Shown here piece after piece: positions 52,224-64,000 of a DNA stretch of 64,000 nt (its first letter is position 1; each line of letters starts with the position of its first letter). The stretch comes from Camelus ferus (Eukaryota). The notes under the pieces are model-generated. The model saw nothing but the letters and a program-made list of their open reading frames with translations. It was not told where the DNA came from and ran no database searches. Position numbers and translations under genes: made by a program. Where the stretch lies: assembly GCF_009834535.1 (NCBI RefSeq), contig NC_045696.1, forward strand, positions 65,908,001 to 65,972,000, given 5' to 3'.

Positions 52224-55200
52224 TCTAAATAGGCATCAGTAATGCATTTTAGAGGAAAAAACTCTGTGAAAATGCTCAGTAAATTAAGCTGGTAAACAAG
52301 GTACATAAACAAAGAGCCAAAAGTGGCTACTTCACGTATAATTGAAATTAATATTTCTTTTCTGAGAATGCTTGCCTTGACTGTAAAATAATGCTATTTA
52401 ATTTCAAAATTGACAGCTAATTTAGACCATTTCTAACTATTAAAGACACTTTGGAGTTTAGTCCAAATGTAAGACTAGTAGTTATCATTACAAAATGTCA
52501 ACCAACTAACAATGTACTTCTTACTTAAACACTCTGTCTCAGATTTTATTAGATGAGAAAGCTTTCCTCTCCATATAAAAGTGAATATCTTCACTTGGAG
52601 ACCTCTAACAGACTCTGCAGGATTCCAAATGTGTTAGATGCTGAAGTTACAGTTACTTACAGTCCTGAGCACTAAAGCAAAGCCTCTAACTCAGATAGTC
52701 TTCTTATTTTTGTGAGCCGCTGCTTCCATTATTGGAACAATACTTTAGAGGAATATAAATATTTGCAGCTTATCTTGAAGTGGCTTCACTGAAAAAGTTG
52801 TCCTTTACGTATATATTTAACTAGGTCAGTGCACACCAGCAGCCAGTGATCTAGTTTTATTCTAATGGGGGCAATAAACGTAAGAGCAAAACAAGGAGGT
52901 ACTTCTAAAGTCAATAACTAAGTGACTTCAGTGGCTAAAATTCAGTCTCTGGAATTATTTATGTCCTTCTGTGCTGTAGCAAGTTATAAAACTAGTTATT
53001 CAAGAATGATTGTCTTGCAAATGATTGTTTTCTCAATCAGTGTTCTAATATAAAATAAAGTATATGTCAAATATATCTCTAGAGCTAGATAGCGAAGTAA
53101 TACCTCATATTTCCTTAGTGCTTAAGGAAGTGATGAAAGCATCTGACAGGTGTTCAGAGATTTGTTAAAAGAATGAAAGAATAAATGTATTACTCAATTA
53201 ATTAATGATCACATAGCACCTCATATGTATGCAACACCTTGCCATTTATCAAACACCTTCAAATACATACAATATAATTTGATACTCAGAGGATGTACAA
53301 CATAGTGAAACGTGCGTACAATTTGGAATGAGAGGATAAAGGCTTGAGTTCATTTTCTGTGATTTTTTTTCTGTTCAGACAACTTTGAACAAGTAAACTC
53401 TCTGAATCTTAATTTCTACATCTGTAAATAGGATCGAAAAAACCTACATCATAAGCATTGCTGCAAGAATTAAATGAGAGATTGCATATAAAAAAGATCT
53501 GTAAAAACAATTCAAGTGTTAGAATACCTAATCGGAGATGAACAAGCCTCCGCTCTGGAAAGTAAGCTACTGAATCAAGGTCACAGCTACATATCGAGTT
53601 TCCCAGCAACACCATACTTTATTATTTGTGTCTTTCTTATGAACCCCTTACAAGAACACATATAGTGTTCTTACTTAGTTAAGTTCATCATCCCTCAGTG
53701 AGAATATTTTATTGTAAGCATTATATTTTAACATTTCATTCAAGCTCTCAAGTTCCTCTCTGTTAATGATCCTTACGGACCTCTGTGAATGACTCATATT
53801 CACGAAAGGAACAAGGACCAGATAGCCCGGCTTTCCTTCCCTGGCAAGGGAGTACATTATTAATAAGGCAAATGTGAATGGTCAGATTCAGGAATTATTT
53901 CCCAAGAAAACTTCCTTTCCAAACCCGATCATCAATTTACAGACCAACTTTAGACCAATTCTTTTCCATCTGAGCCAGTATACATCTGTTTCTACTTTTT
54001 AATTATATTTCCTAACTTTGTACAAGACTTTCTAATTGGTTCTCATGATCATTCTGATATTTGCTAGTACCCACTCTATATAGAATTCTATGCTAAATTC
54101 AGTGTAGAACACCTGGAGTTTTAATATAAAACTTTGGCCTCTAGAGACTTAAAGAGAATAGGTAGCAGTTGTTCTTTGATAGTTCAATAAATAGCAAGAA
54201 GTGCCTCTGATCTTTGAGAGGATTAAATCCTAAACACCATTAATCTACTTCCTCTTTTCAGCTAGATTTATTTGAAGACAATTGGATGTTATCTTCATTG
54301 ACAAATTTATTAATAATTCCACAGGGCAGTTTCAGTTTTTAGACTTTCTTTTATTTTTCTACAGATTGCAGCCAAATGCAGACTTGCCATCAGAGAAACT
54401 TTTTCCTATGTCTCTTCACCTAGATTCTCCTGATTTTCTTTCCCAGAGAATGCTGAACATTTTCTTTACAGCAATTCCTACAGTTTGAGTCTTTGAGGGC
54501 TTGTAAGTTCCCATCACTATTCAGCTTCTTTCAGGGATGTAGTATTGTTCCACTGCTGTGTTAAATGACTGCATGGACCATCCAAAGTGTTTGTGTCAGT
54601 GGTCCCCCTTTCCATTAACTTTCCTTGCCTTATCCTGCTAAGAAGGGCTTCAACAAGTATCTGGTATTTTAGTCCAGGAAATAAATACCTAACCTTGTGC
54701 TCATCAGAGCTAGCTACAGAATCGGAAAATTGGTTTTCCTATAAATATAATAATACATATAATTAAATATTAATACAGATAATAAAACATATGCCAATTT
54801 TCCACAAAAATCATGAGGAAAAAGTTAAAGCCTTTGAAACAAAACAAACTCTACCTTGCTTTGCATATTTCTTATACCATGTAGCCATCTTCTCAGTCTG
54901 ATTCCATCCTGGGTCTGAGCTATAACTGAATCTACATACACATATGGCATGCTGCTTTCTCTTTTGGTGTTGCTGGCAGAAACTTCAAAGATTTTAGAGA
55001 CTTGTCACATCAGGAGGACATATGTGACTCCTTTGTGAGGATAAGGTCTGATGGAGACAGTTGGGAAAGACATCGCAAAACCAGGTACTGGAGTAAGAAT
55101 AGCCAGGGAGTCTACGGTAGAAGTCACCCTGGTTTTCAGTGCAGGGAAGATAAATATGTAAGTCTGGTGGCCTAGAGGATTACTCTCTCCTCTAAATGAT

Positions 55201-55619
55201 TCTGTATTCTTACTTTGTTTTTTCTTCTTAGCTTCTGTGAATCTCTCTGGAATGTGCTGTTCATTTCAGCATGGATGCACTCAGCAGTCTGTGGCCCGCT
55301 GGGCTGTTTTACTTCAGTGTAGGGTAGTGCTTGCCAGCTTTTGTTGAGAAATAACAGGAGGTCAAACACGGTGTCAAGAAAATGTTGGCATAGTTAGAGA
55401 AACAGGTATTGTATTAGTTGCAATGAATTCAGACCTACTGATGGTAGGATTAATGAAATCCGTGTCTGGCACTCTCGGCAGCTCGATGGAGCTTACAATG
55501 GGCTATAACTTGGACAACCAGAGAGGCTCAGCAAGACCCCTGGCCCCTGGCCTGCTTGATCAAGCCGGTTGGCCCAAGGTATTCGGGAACAAGTACAAAC
55601 CTCCTAAAAAACTTACCTA

Positions 55620-55645
55620 GGGAGGGAGGAGCAGACAGAGGTGAG

Positions 55646-55677
<32 letters not shown>

Positions 55678-55722
55678 AGGGAGGGAGAGAGAAAGTGGGG
55701 GGAGATAAGGAAAGAAAGGGAG
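55620..55722. repeat. Purine-rich (GA) low-complexity tract
   Basis: About 100 nt almost exclusively G/A. Confidence 0.8.
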
Positions 55723-55794
55723 CATACAGACAGAATTACATAACATATTTATCTTTAGTAATTCCAAGTTCAATTACAGTAAACACTAATAGTA

Positions 55795-56040
55795 GCGACC
55801 CTTTATTAACGTCTTTACTATAGATGAGTCACTGATCCCAAAGCGTTACATATATTAATGAAAGTAATCTCACAACCGCACAATGATGTTAGTACCGCTT
55901 ATATCCCCATTTCACCCATAAGAGAGTGAGGCACAGAGAGACTAAGTAAATTGCCCAAGAGTTCACAGGTAGAAAAAGGTGTATCTAGGATTTGAACTCA
56001 GAAAATCTGACTGTGGGGTCTTTATTCTTAAACACTGGGT
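55795..56040 (-). mobile_element. MIR SINE
   Basis: aatctcacaacc...tatccccatttcac...tgaggcacagagagactaagtaaattgcccaag...ggatttgaactcag. Confidence 0.8.
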
Positions 56041-57807
56041 GTAACTGCTTCTCTCCAGAGGCTGTCTCCCAGACTTAACTGATAACCCGCAAACATGGCT
56101 TGGTGGGCAGGGTGGGAAGGAATCCTAGACATATGGAATGAGAGATGTAGTAGATCGCAGAACGTTGGTGCTTTTAGAGGAATACTGGAGTGAAGGAATT
56201 AAGAAGTCCCATGCTTTGATATGGGCAATTGATTTTTCCCCCTAACTTTTGTGTCATGCTAGGGAAGCGCAGCTTCAAACCTACCCTCCTGTTCAATGCA
56301 GACCCCCTGCCCTTTATCCCTTCCCTTTCCTTGCAGGTGCAGGAGATTTTACTGCTTTTAGATATCATTTACTTAAATTCTTGAATGTATGGGCAGGGAG
56401 GGTCAGAGAGGGGAAAGTCACAGTTATATAGAAAGGCGAGGGGATCAGAGAATCCAGGGTTCCTAAATCCTAGGTGAGCGTTCTTTGTATTCTACACACG
56501 GTGAGACTTAAAGGCACAACAGGTTATCACAAACCCATGAAGAAGGGGAGAGACCAATATGGAAAGATGCTCCGAGAGAGACAGACAGAAACTCTTTCCT
56601 TTTCAAAGAGTCACAAATAAAAGTTGTAAAACTCTATGTTGCTTTATTTTGTGTGTAATTTAGCATCACACAGTAGCCATCCCTACCTCATTATCCTCCT
56701 TCTCTTAGTGTTCCCAGAACTTCAGAAGAATCCATGTAACGTCTGCCTACGTCTGCACGTATCTATCCCCGTTGCACTTAGGTTTACATGTGTAACTTCT
56801 ATTGGCTACTCCATTTCCCTCTCTGCCAGGACTCCCAGACTGAAACTTGATGTTAGCTGCTTTACAAATCTTCAGAATTGGCTCTGAAGAAGATCATTGA
56901 AAAGAGAAAATGGATAAAGACAAACTCTTCAACACAATTAATTATTACGCTGAAGTTCCTGCCCTCTTACGGGGCCAGCAGGATCCAGACACAGAGTAGT
57001 TGAATGCCATTTAATTAATGGTTCAATTTCTCTTCCCCCAAACTGTTTGAAAAACACAATGGTAAAAACATGTGAAAAGGTCATTCCATTTCTGAATTGC
57101 AACTTGGACAATATGGCTTGTAAAGACAAAATTTTTTAAATATTAGATGATTTTAGTCTTTATTATGCACAAATACTGCTAATGTATACACAGAATGAAT
57201 GAAAAATGTAATGTGGAAATGTTCTTACAAAATTAGATAAAATAATATATACAGAGTTCTGTTTGAGTTGAGCATACATGATGTATACAATATAAAATTA
57301 CTTGCAAACTGAGGGACTGGAAGACCTCCCTCAAAAGTTTAAAAAGTGGTTTTCACCTCTTTTTCAAATAACCAAGCTCAATATTCTCAAAATAACACTG
57401 TCATGTAGTAGCTCTAAAACTTATGAGGTGAGGTATGAGACACCATCTTCTGCATATAAAAGGCAGTTTGAAGTATTATTATAAAATAATTAATAGTATA
57501 TTTGAATAAGTATTTGTATGAAAATAAAATGCATAAAATCTAAGAATTATCTCACGTTGATTTTGCTAAAGTCTCTAATAAATAATTCAACATTTGTTCA
57601 GTAGTTTGTACTGCTTCTTTTTCATTATTGTACTCATATTTGCATTATTGCCTTTTCAGGTTTATACAATCTATTCTCTTAGATTCAGCCTTTTTAATCA
57701 ACATTGAAATTATTTGCTTTATTTGTTATAGTCATAAAATATAATATTTCCTAAGGCAAATCCACCTTCAATCCAATTTCTTTTCTAAATATTATTACTC
57801 ATTTAGC

Positions 57808-60425
57808 TTATATGTCTTTCTCTGTCTGACTTATTTCACTTAGTATAATACCCTCTAGATCCATCCCTGTTGTCACAAATGACAAAATTTCATTCTTTTT
57901 ATAGCTGAGTAATATTCCATTATATATATATGTGTATATAATGTGGGTGTGTATATATATGTATATGTGTGTATATATATGTATATGTGTGTATATATAT
58001 TTGTAATATATACACACATACACACATACTATGTTGTCTTTATCCATTAATCTATCATTGGACAATTAAGTTTCTTCCATGTCTCGGCTACTGTAAATAG
58101 TGCTGCAATGAACATTGGAGGGCATATATCTCTTTGAATTAGTGTTTTTGTTTTATTCAGGTAAATATCCAGAAGTGAAATTACTGGATCACATGACAGC
58201 TGTAGTTTTAATTTTTTGAGGAAATTCCATTGTATTTCCCATAGTGACTGCATCACTTTACAATCTCACCAACAGGGCACAGGGGTTCCCTTTTCTCCAC
58301 ATCCTCACCAACACATGTTATTTGCTGTCTTTGTTGACAGCCATTCTGACAGGTATGAGGTGATATCTCATTGTGGCTTTGATTTGCATTTCCTTCATGA
58401 TTAGTGATGTTGAGCATCTTTGTATGTGTCTGTAGGCCGTCTGTATGTCTTCTTTGAAAAAGAAATATTTATTTAGATCTTCTGCCCATTTTTAATTGGG
58501 TTTTTCTTATTTGATGTTGAGTTGTACGAATTCTTTGTATATTTTGGATATTAGCCCCTTATCAGACATATCATTTGCAAATATTTTCTCCCATTCAATA
58601 GGCTACTCTTTTGTTGATATTTTCCTTCACTGTGCGAAAGTTTTTAGTTTGACGTAGTCTCATTTGTTTATTTTTGCTTTTGCATACTTTGCCTAAGGAA
58701 ACATTTCCAAAGAAATATTGCCAAGATCTATGTAAAAGAGCGTGCTGCCTATTTTTTCTTCAAGGAGTTTTATGGTTTCAGGTATTACATGTAAAGTATT
58801 TAAACTATTTTTAGTTTATTTTTGTATATGGTGTGAGAAAGTAGGTCAGTTTGATTCTTTTGCATGAAGCTGTTAGTTTTCTTAACACCAGTTATTGAAG
58901 AGGATTTGTCCCACTGCGTATTATTGCTTCTTTTGTCAAAGACAAACTGTATACTTATTTCTGGGTTATCTATTCTGTTCTATTGATGTAAGTGTCTGTT
59001 TTTGTACCAATACCATACTGTTTTGGTTATGGTAGCCTTGTGGTATAGTTTGAAATAAGGAGCATGATAACCACCAGCTTTGTTCTTCTTTCTCACGATT
59101 GTTTTTTTCTTTTGCACATTCATACAAATTTTAGAATTATTTGTTCTAGTTCTGTTTAAAATGCCACTGGCATTTTGATAGGAATTGCATTGAATCTGTA
59201 TATTGGTTTGAGTAGTATGGTGATTTTAATAATATTAATTCTTTTAATCCATGAGCACGGTGTATCTTTCCATTTGCATTGTCTTCAATTTCTTTCATCA
59301 AAACCTTATAGAGTTCTAAGTACAGGGCTTTTATCTCCTCGATTAAATTTATTCCTAGATATTTTATTCTTTCTGATGCAATTGTAAATGGGGTTGTTTT
59401 CTTAATTTCTCTTTCTGATAGTTCATTTTTATTGTCTAGAAATGCAACAGATTTCTGTATATTAATTTTGCATTTTCAGCTTTACTGAATTTATTTATTA
59501 GTGCTAATAGATTGCATTTGGTAACATGGATTGTCTTTATATAATATCATGTCAACTGCAAGCGGTGATGGTTTTACTCATTCTTTTCTGATTTGGATTC
59601 ATTTTACTACTTTTTCTTGTCTGAATGCTATGGCTAGGTCTTCAATACTATGTTGAATAAAAGTGATGAGAGTAGGCATGCTTGTCTTGTTCCTGATGTT
59701 AGAGGAAATGCTTTCAGCTTTTCACCTTTGTGTATGTTGGCTCAAGGTTTGTCATATATGGCCTTTATTATGTTGAGGTATGTTTACTTTATACCCACTT
59801 TGTTGAAAGTTTTTATCATATATGGGTGAAGAATTTTATCAGAAGCTCTTTCTACACCTAATGAGTTGATTTCTATTCTTCAGTTTGTTAATTTAGTGTA
59901 TCATATTGATTGATTTGTGGATATTTGCATCTTTAGGATAAATCCCACTTGATCCTGGTGTATGATCCTCTTAGTGGATTGTTGAATTTGATTTGCTCGT
60001 ATTTTGTTGCGGAGTTTTGCAGCTATGTTCATCAGTGATACTGGCCTGTAATTTTCATTTTGTTGTGATGCCTTTGTTTGGTTTTGGTATCAGGGTAACT
60101 CTGGCTTCATAAAATGAGTTTGTAAGACTTCTTTCCTTTTTGTTTTTTTTTTTGTTTTTTTTGAAATAGTTTGAGGAGAGGTGTTAACTCTAAGCATTTG
60201 GTAGATTTCACCTGTGAAGCCATCTGTCTTGAACTTTGTTTGTTGGGAGTTTTTAAAATTCTGATCCAATTTCATTTCTCATAGTTGTTCTGTTCATATT
60301 TCTATTTCTCACTGGTTCAGTCTTGGGAGATTTTGCATTTTTAGGAATTTATCCATTTTTTTCTAGGTTGTCAATTTTATTGGCATATAATTGATTGTAG
60401 TAATCTCTTATGATCCTTTGTATAT
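57808..60425 (-). mobile_element. L1 ORF2 (RT and C-terminal region) to 3' UTR, about 2.6 kb, inactive
   Basis: Minus-strand ORF pieces (GMDLEGIILSEISQTEKD; QRDICPPMFIAALFTVAETWK; DGFTGEIYQ) match L1 ORF2p; many stops and frameshifts; internal TA/TG microsatellite at about 57920-58030. Confidence 0.92.
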
Positions 60426-60429
60426 CTGT

Positions 60430-60860
60430 GGTGTTTATTACTTCTCTTTTTTCATTTCTTCTATATTTTCTTTCTCTGTGTACTTCAAATTGGATGATTT
60501 TTTTTATTCATCTTTAAGTTCACTAATATGTCCTTCTGTTGTTTCCAATTTGTTATTAATCATATTAAATTTTTTTTTAGGTACTGTATTAATCATTTCT
60601 AGGTTTTCCATTTGTTTCTTTATTATTGCTTTCAAGTCTCTCCTAAAATGTCCTATTTCTTCACTCATCCTATGTATCTTTCCTTGCAGATTCTTTAATA
60701 TATTTATCATGATTATTTCAAAGTCTTTGTCTAATAGTCCAACATATACATTGTTGGTAGGTCTCTTTCAATTTATTGGCTATTTTCTTGTCATGGGTCT
60801 TATTTTCCTGCTTATTCATATGTTTTATAATTATTATAATGATATTGTGTATAAAAGAAA
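60430..60860 (-). mobile_element. Older L1 ORF1 coiled-coil region remnant
   Basis: Minus-strand peptide ...IIKKQMENLEMINTV...NNKLETTEGHISELKD resembles L1 ORF1p heptads. Confidence 0.65.
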
Positions 60861-61827
60861 AGCCTGAGGTGGAAAAAATACATATATAATCTTCAAGAAG
60901 CAATGCACTTTCCTTCCTTAGGTAGTTAGCTCAAGGGACTTATCAATTTATTGCTTCAAGCAAAAGATGAAGTGATTATGGGTTTTGTGACTTTATCTCT
61001 CTAGTAGGGCTTGGAATTAGATCTCCAGGAGTTGAAGAATTTCTCTCTTTTATTTTTGGTTCAGCTCAACTACTTGGGCCACCAAAATGCTAAAATTTTG
61101 ATGTTATTAGAAGTTTTATTAGTTGCAACCTTAGACTCATTTCAACTTTGTCTTTAATTGCTTTGAAAACTTGCTCAGGACTATAAACAAATAATGCAAG
61201 ATGAGAAGATCTCAAAAATGAAAGTCTTCCATGCCTTGAGATTATGAAATATAATTTTGCCAGATCTTTAGTCTGCAGTGCCTTGAAGAGCCTTTGGAGA
61301 CTGCAAGACTGCAGCACTATAAAATGCAAGATGTAAAAGCCCTTCACATCACTGAAACACTATCAAATATCCAGACAAACAAGAGTAACAAAAACTTTTC
61401 TTTAAATTCATTGAAAATTCATTGGATACAAATAGTTCAAAGGTACAAATGTAAGTTCAAGAATGATGATCATGAGACAGATGATACTTTCATACCTGGA
61501 GTTAGGTTGGAGGCAGCAGATTGGGAAAAGAGACTAACCTGCCAGAGACGGACAGCTTCTCAGATAAGAGAAGCCAAACTTTTTGGCTTGCCTGTCTTCT
61601 AGTATGCCAGAATTTATTCTGGAAAACATCTCAAAGATAACCCCCTCTGCTAAGTATTTCTCTTACGCAAGAAATTTGCTAAGTAAGCAGAGGCTAGGGT
61701 AACCCTGGATAACAGAAAGGATCTTGCAGACTTTCAGTCTTGCAGATTCAAAATCTTGTAGGCTTGAAGACTTGCAACTTCAGAGCCCGTGCTCAGGGAT
61801 TCTTAGTTTCATGGTATCCAGTCTATC

Positions 61828-61898
61828 TACACATGCGCACACACACACACACACACAGACACACACACACACAGACACACACACACACACACACATAC
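61828..61898. repeat. (CA)n microsatellite, interrupted
   Basis: Directly visible CA run with two GA interruptions. Confidence 0.95.
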
Positions 61899-62059
61899 AA
61901 TATATCTGTTTCTTAGGTTTAATATTTAATATATCTCTTAATACAGTGTTAATAACTGTATTTATTTATTTTTTTAATCCACATATCCTCCACTGTACAT
62001 CATTCCATCATTCTACACATTCCCCCTTGTGATATAATCCACTCCCATGTTTTAAATTA

Positions 62060-63490
62060 CTGAACACATACCTTTAACTCAAACCCCTTTCTTAAGCTTC
62101 AGACTTTAATTGATTTCCTTGATATCATCACTTGAATGTCACACATATTTCTAATATGAAAAATGCAAACTTAATTCTTCATCTACTCCCTCCCAATTCC
62201 ACTCCAAACCTGCCGTTTCTCTTCCTTATCACACAGAATCATCCAGTTCCCCAGGTCTAAATCCTGGACATTATCATAATTAATTCTTTTTTCTCTTTGA
62301 TCAAAATAATTACAGAGAACTGTCATTGCTATCCTGTAAACATGTTTTGATGCCATCTATTTCTCGTTAACCCTTCTACCACTAATAATTCTCAATAGAG
62401 CACTGAAGGACCCCTCAATGGAGGCTAATTGTTCCGTGTGCTTTTAGACAGGCATTCTTTATGTATTTGTTCAATCATTATTTTGAAAAAAGGAAAGCAG
62501 AGAAATATGACCACAGGGACTATTCCTCTGCCTTTCTTTTATTTTTCTGAACTGTCATCTCTGACTCCAAACTTGCATCATCTGTCTGCAAAACAAAATC
62601 TTTGTAAATAACATAACTTACCATTCTAAAATGTTGCTTTTCACACTTGGAAAGTTTGAGTTTGTGCCTTAAGAATCTCTATCATCCCTTCCAAAGACAT
62701 ATTGCATTCTCCCTGAAAGAACTTTGATAATTATACATTTCTCCATTTTCTTACACTTTCAGTAGTTCTAGCACTCTGATGAATTTTTTTATCCTTTTAG
62801 GTTGACATCTCTCCATAAAATTTTCTTGCTGGCCCATCTCTATCCAGGTCTGCCCACTATCCATGTAACAGTCACAGCATTTCACACTTGGAGGTTTGCA
62901 CCAGCTCCCTGACTGGTCTCTCTAATTCTAGAATTGCAGCACGCTCCTTTGCACCACACCTACACCAGAGACAAGTTAGTTTCCACACTTCAGCTAGCCT
63001 GACCTTTGAAACATATAAACATGGTTGCATCACTTTCATGTGTGAATTATTATTATAATTTTCTTCTCAGGCAAAATCTCAACACCTACAAGGACCTAAA
63101 TTTCCCACCTTACCTTCTGAAACTCCCCATCACACTGTATTTTCCAGGTAAGATGGACTTCTTTAAGTTACTTCTGTATCCAGTGACATGTTTTCTGACC
63201 TCTGGTCTTTTTCAAATGTTTTCTCCTTTTTCTGGACTATTCTTAATAGATAGTAATCCCTTACTCATTATTCAGACACAAAATTAGATTTCATTTCTCA
63301 TGGAAAGCTTCTCCCAACCCCAATACAAACTTGAAGGAAGGGACTTTCCTCTGTCCTTTCACAGCACCCTAACCTCCCACTCTCATGCACCTGCTATATA
63401 CTACAGTTTGATTGTTTAATTGCCTCTTATTTCCTCTACTAGATCATATGTTCTGTGACCAAGAGCCTAACATTCATTAAATATATTTTG
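62060..63490 (+). mobile_element. Fragmented L2 remnants
   Basis: catccagttccccaggtctaaatcctggacattatc; ccagctccctgactggtctc; cttactcattattcagacac...ggaaagcttctcc. Confidence 0.5.
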
Positions 63491-64000
63491 AAAAGGGTGA
63501 TTAAATACGTGTACAGAAAACTCTATCACTAGGCCATGGTGTGACTCACTCATCAATTATTCAAGGTTAAAAAAAATATTTATTGAGCAAAAGTCTAATG
63601 CTAAGAATGTTGAGATAAAACCAACAGAGTCCTCTGAGTTTCTACTCCTTTCAAAGGTAATTTTAAGAAAATATGAGGTAGAGCTGATTCTTAAATAATG
63701 GATAGGAACACAGATTTTAGAAAAGAGCTTTCTAAGCATGAAGAACAGAGTCTAGGAATGGGGAATAATGAGGGGTAGAAAAAAAAGAAGTTCTCAGATT
63801 GGAAAGTAACTGGGCAATTATTTAACACTTATAAAGCCAGGTTGATGTCCACAGGATGCAAACATTTCATCTCTCCATTGGGATGAATAGAGTTTCCATT
63901 TGATTTGACTCACAAGCACTATTTTGAGTTAAAAGCTAAATAAATAAAAGCTGTTTCAAATACCTTATTAAAAAATTAACTCACATATTTATACCCCTTT

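Noticed and set aside
60391..60867. 158-aa hydrophobic, membrane-like ORF
   Set aside because: Antisense reading of T-rich L1 ORF1-derived sequence.
1..64000. CRISPR arrays, operons, rRNA or other prokaryote-type systems
   Set aside because: Eukaryotic intron/repeat landscape with no regularly spaced repeat-spacer structure.

Overview
AT-rich, repeat-laden mammalian genomic DNA, probably camelid judging by a Vic-1-like tRNA-derived SINE. It contains one protein-coding gene: GMNC (GEMC1, geminin-family regulator of multiciliogenesis) on the + strand. The gene has five coding exons (30399-30401, 32107-32281, 33615-33703, 34620-34736, 36477-37097), which splice with GT-AG junctions into an intact 1005-nt, 334-aa ORF. 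A CpG-island promoter lies upstream and the 3' UTR is probably long. The rest is intergenic DNA with L1, L2, MIR, MaLR LTR and DNA-transposon fossils; repeat family names and boundaries are by eye and approximate. The most unusual structure is a ~371-bp, ~98%-identical direct duplication bracketing the whole gene (24722-25092 and 39922-40294). Its differences are strikingly one-sided, and it carries an inverted repeat with a miR-34/449-type seed. Other leads are a CDE/CHR element and a STAT site in the promoter, a TSD-flanked L1 tail in intron 4 that could act as an intronic poly(A) site, and a downstream RFX/NF-Y motif module. I found no convincing second gene and no proof of a new system; the findings are testable hypotheses.
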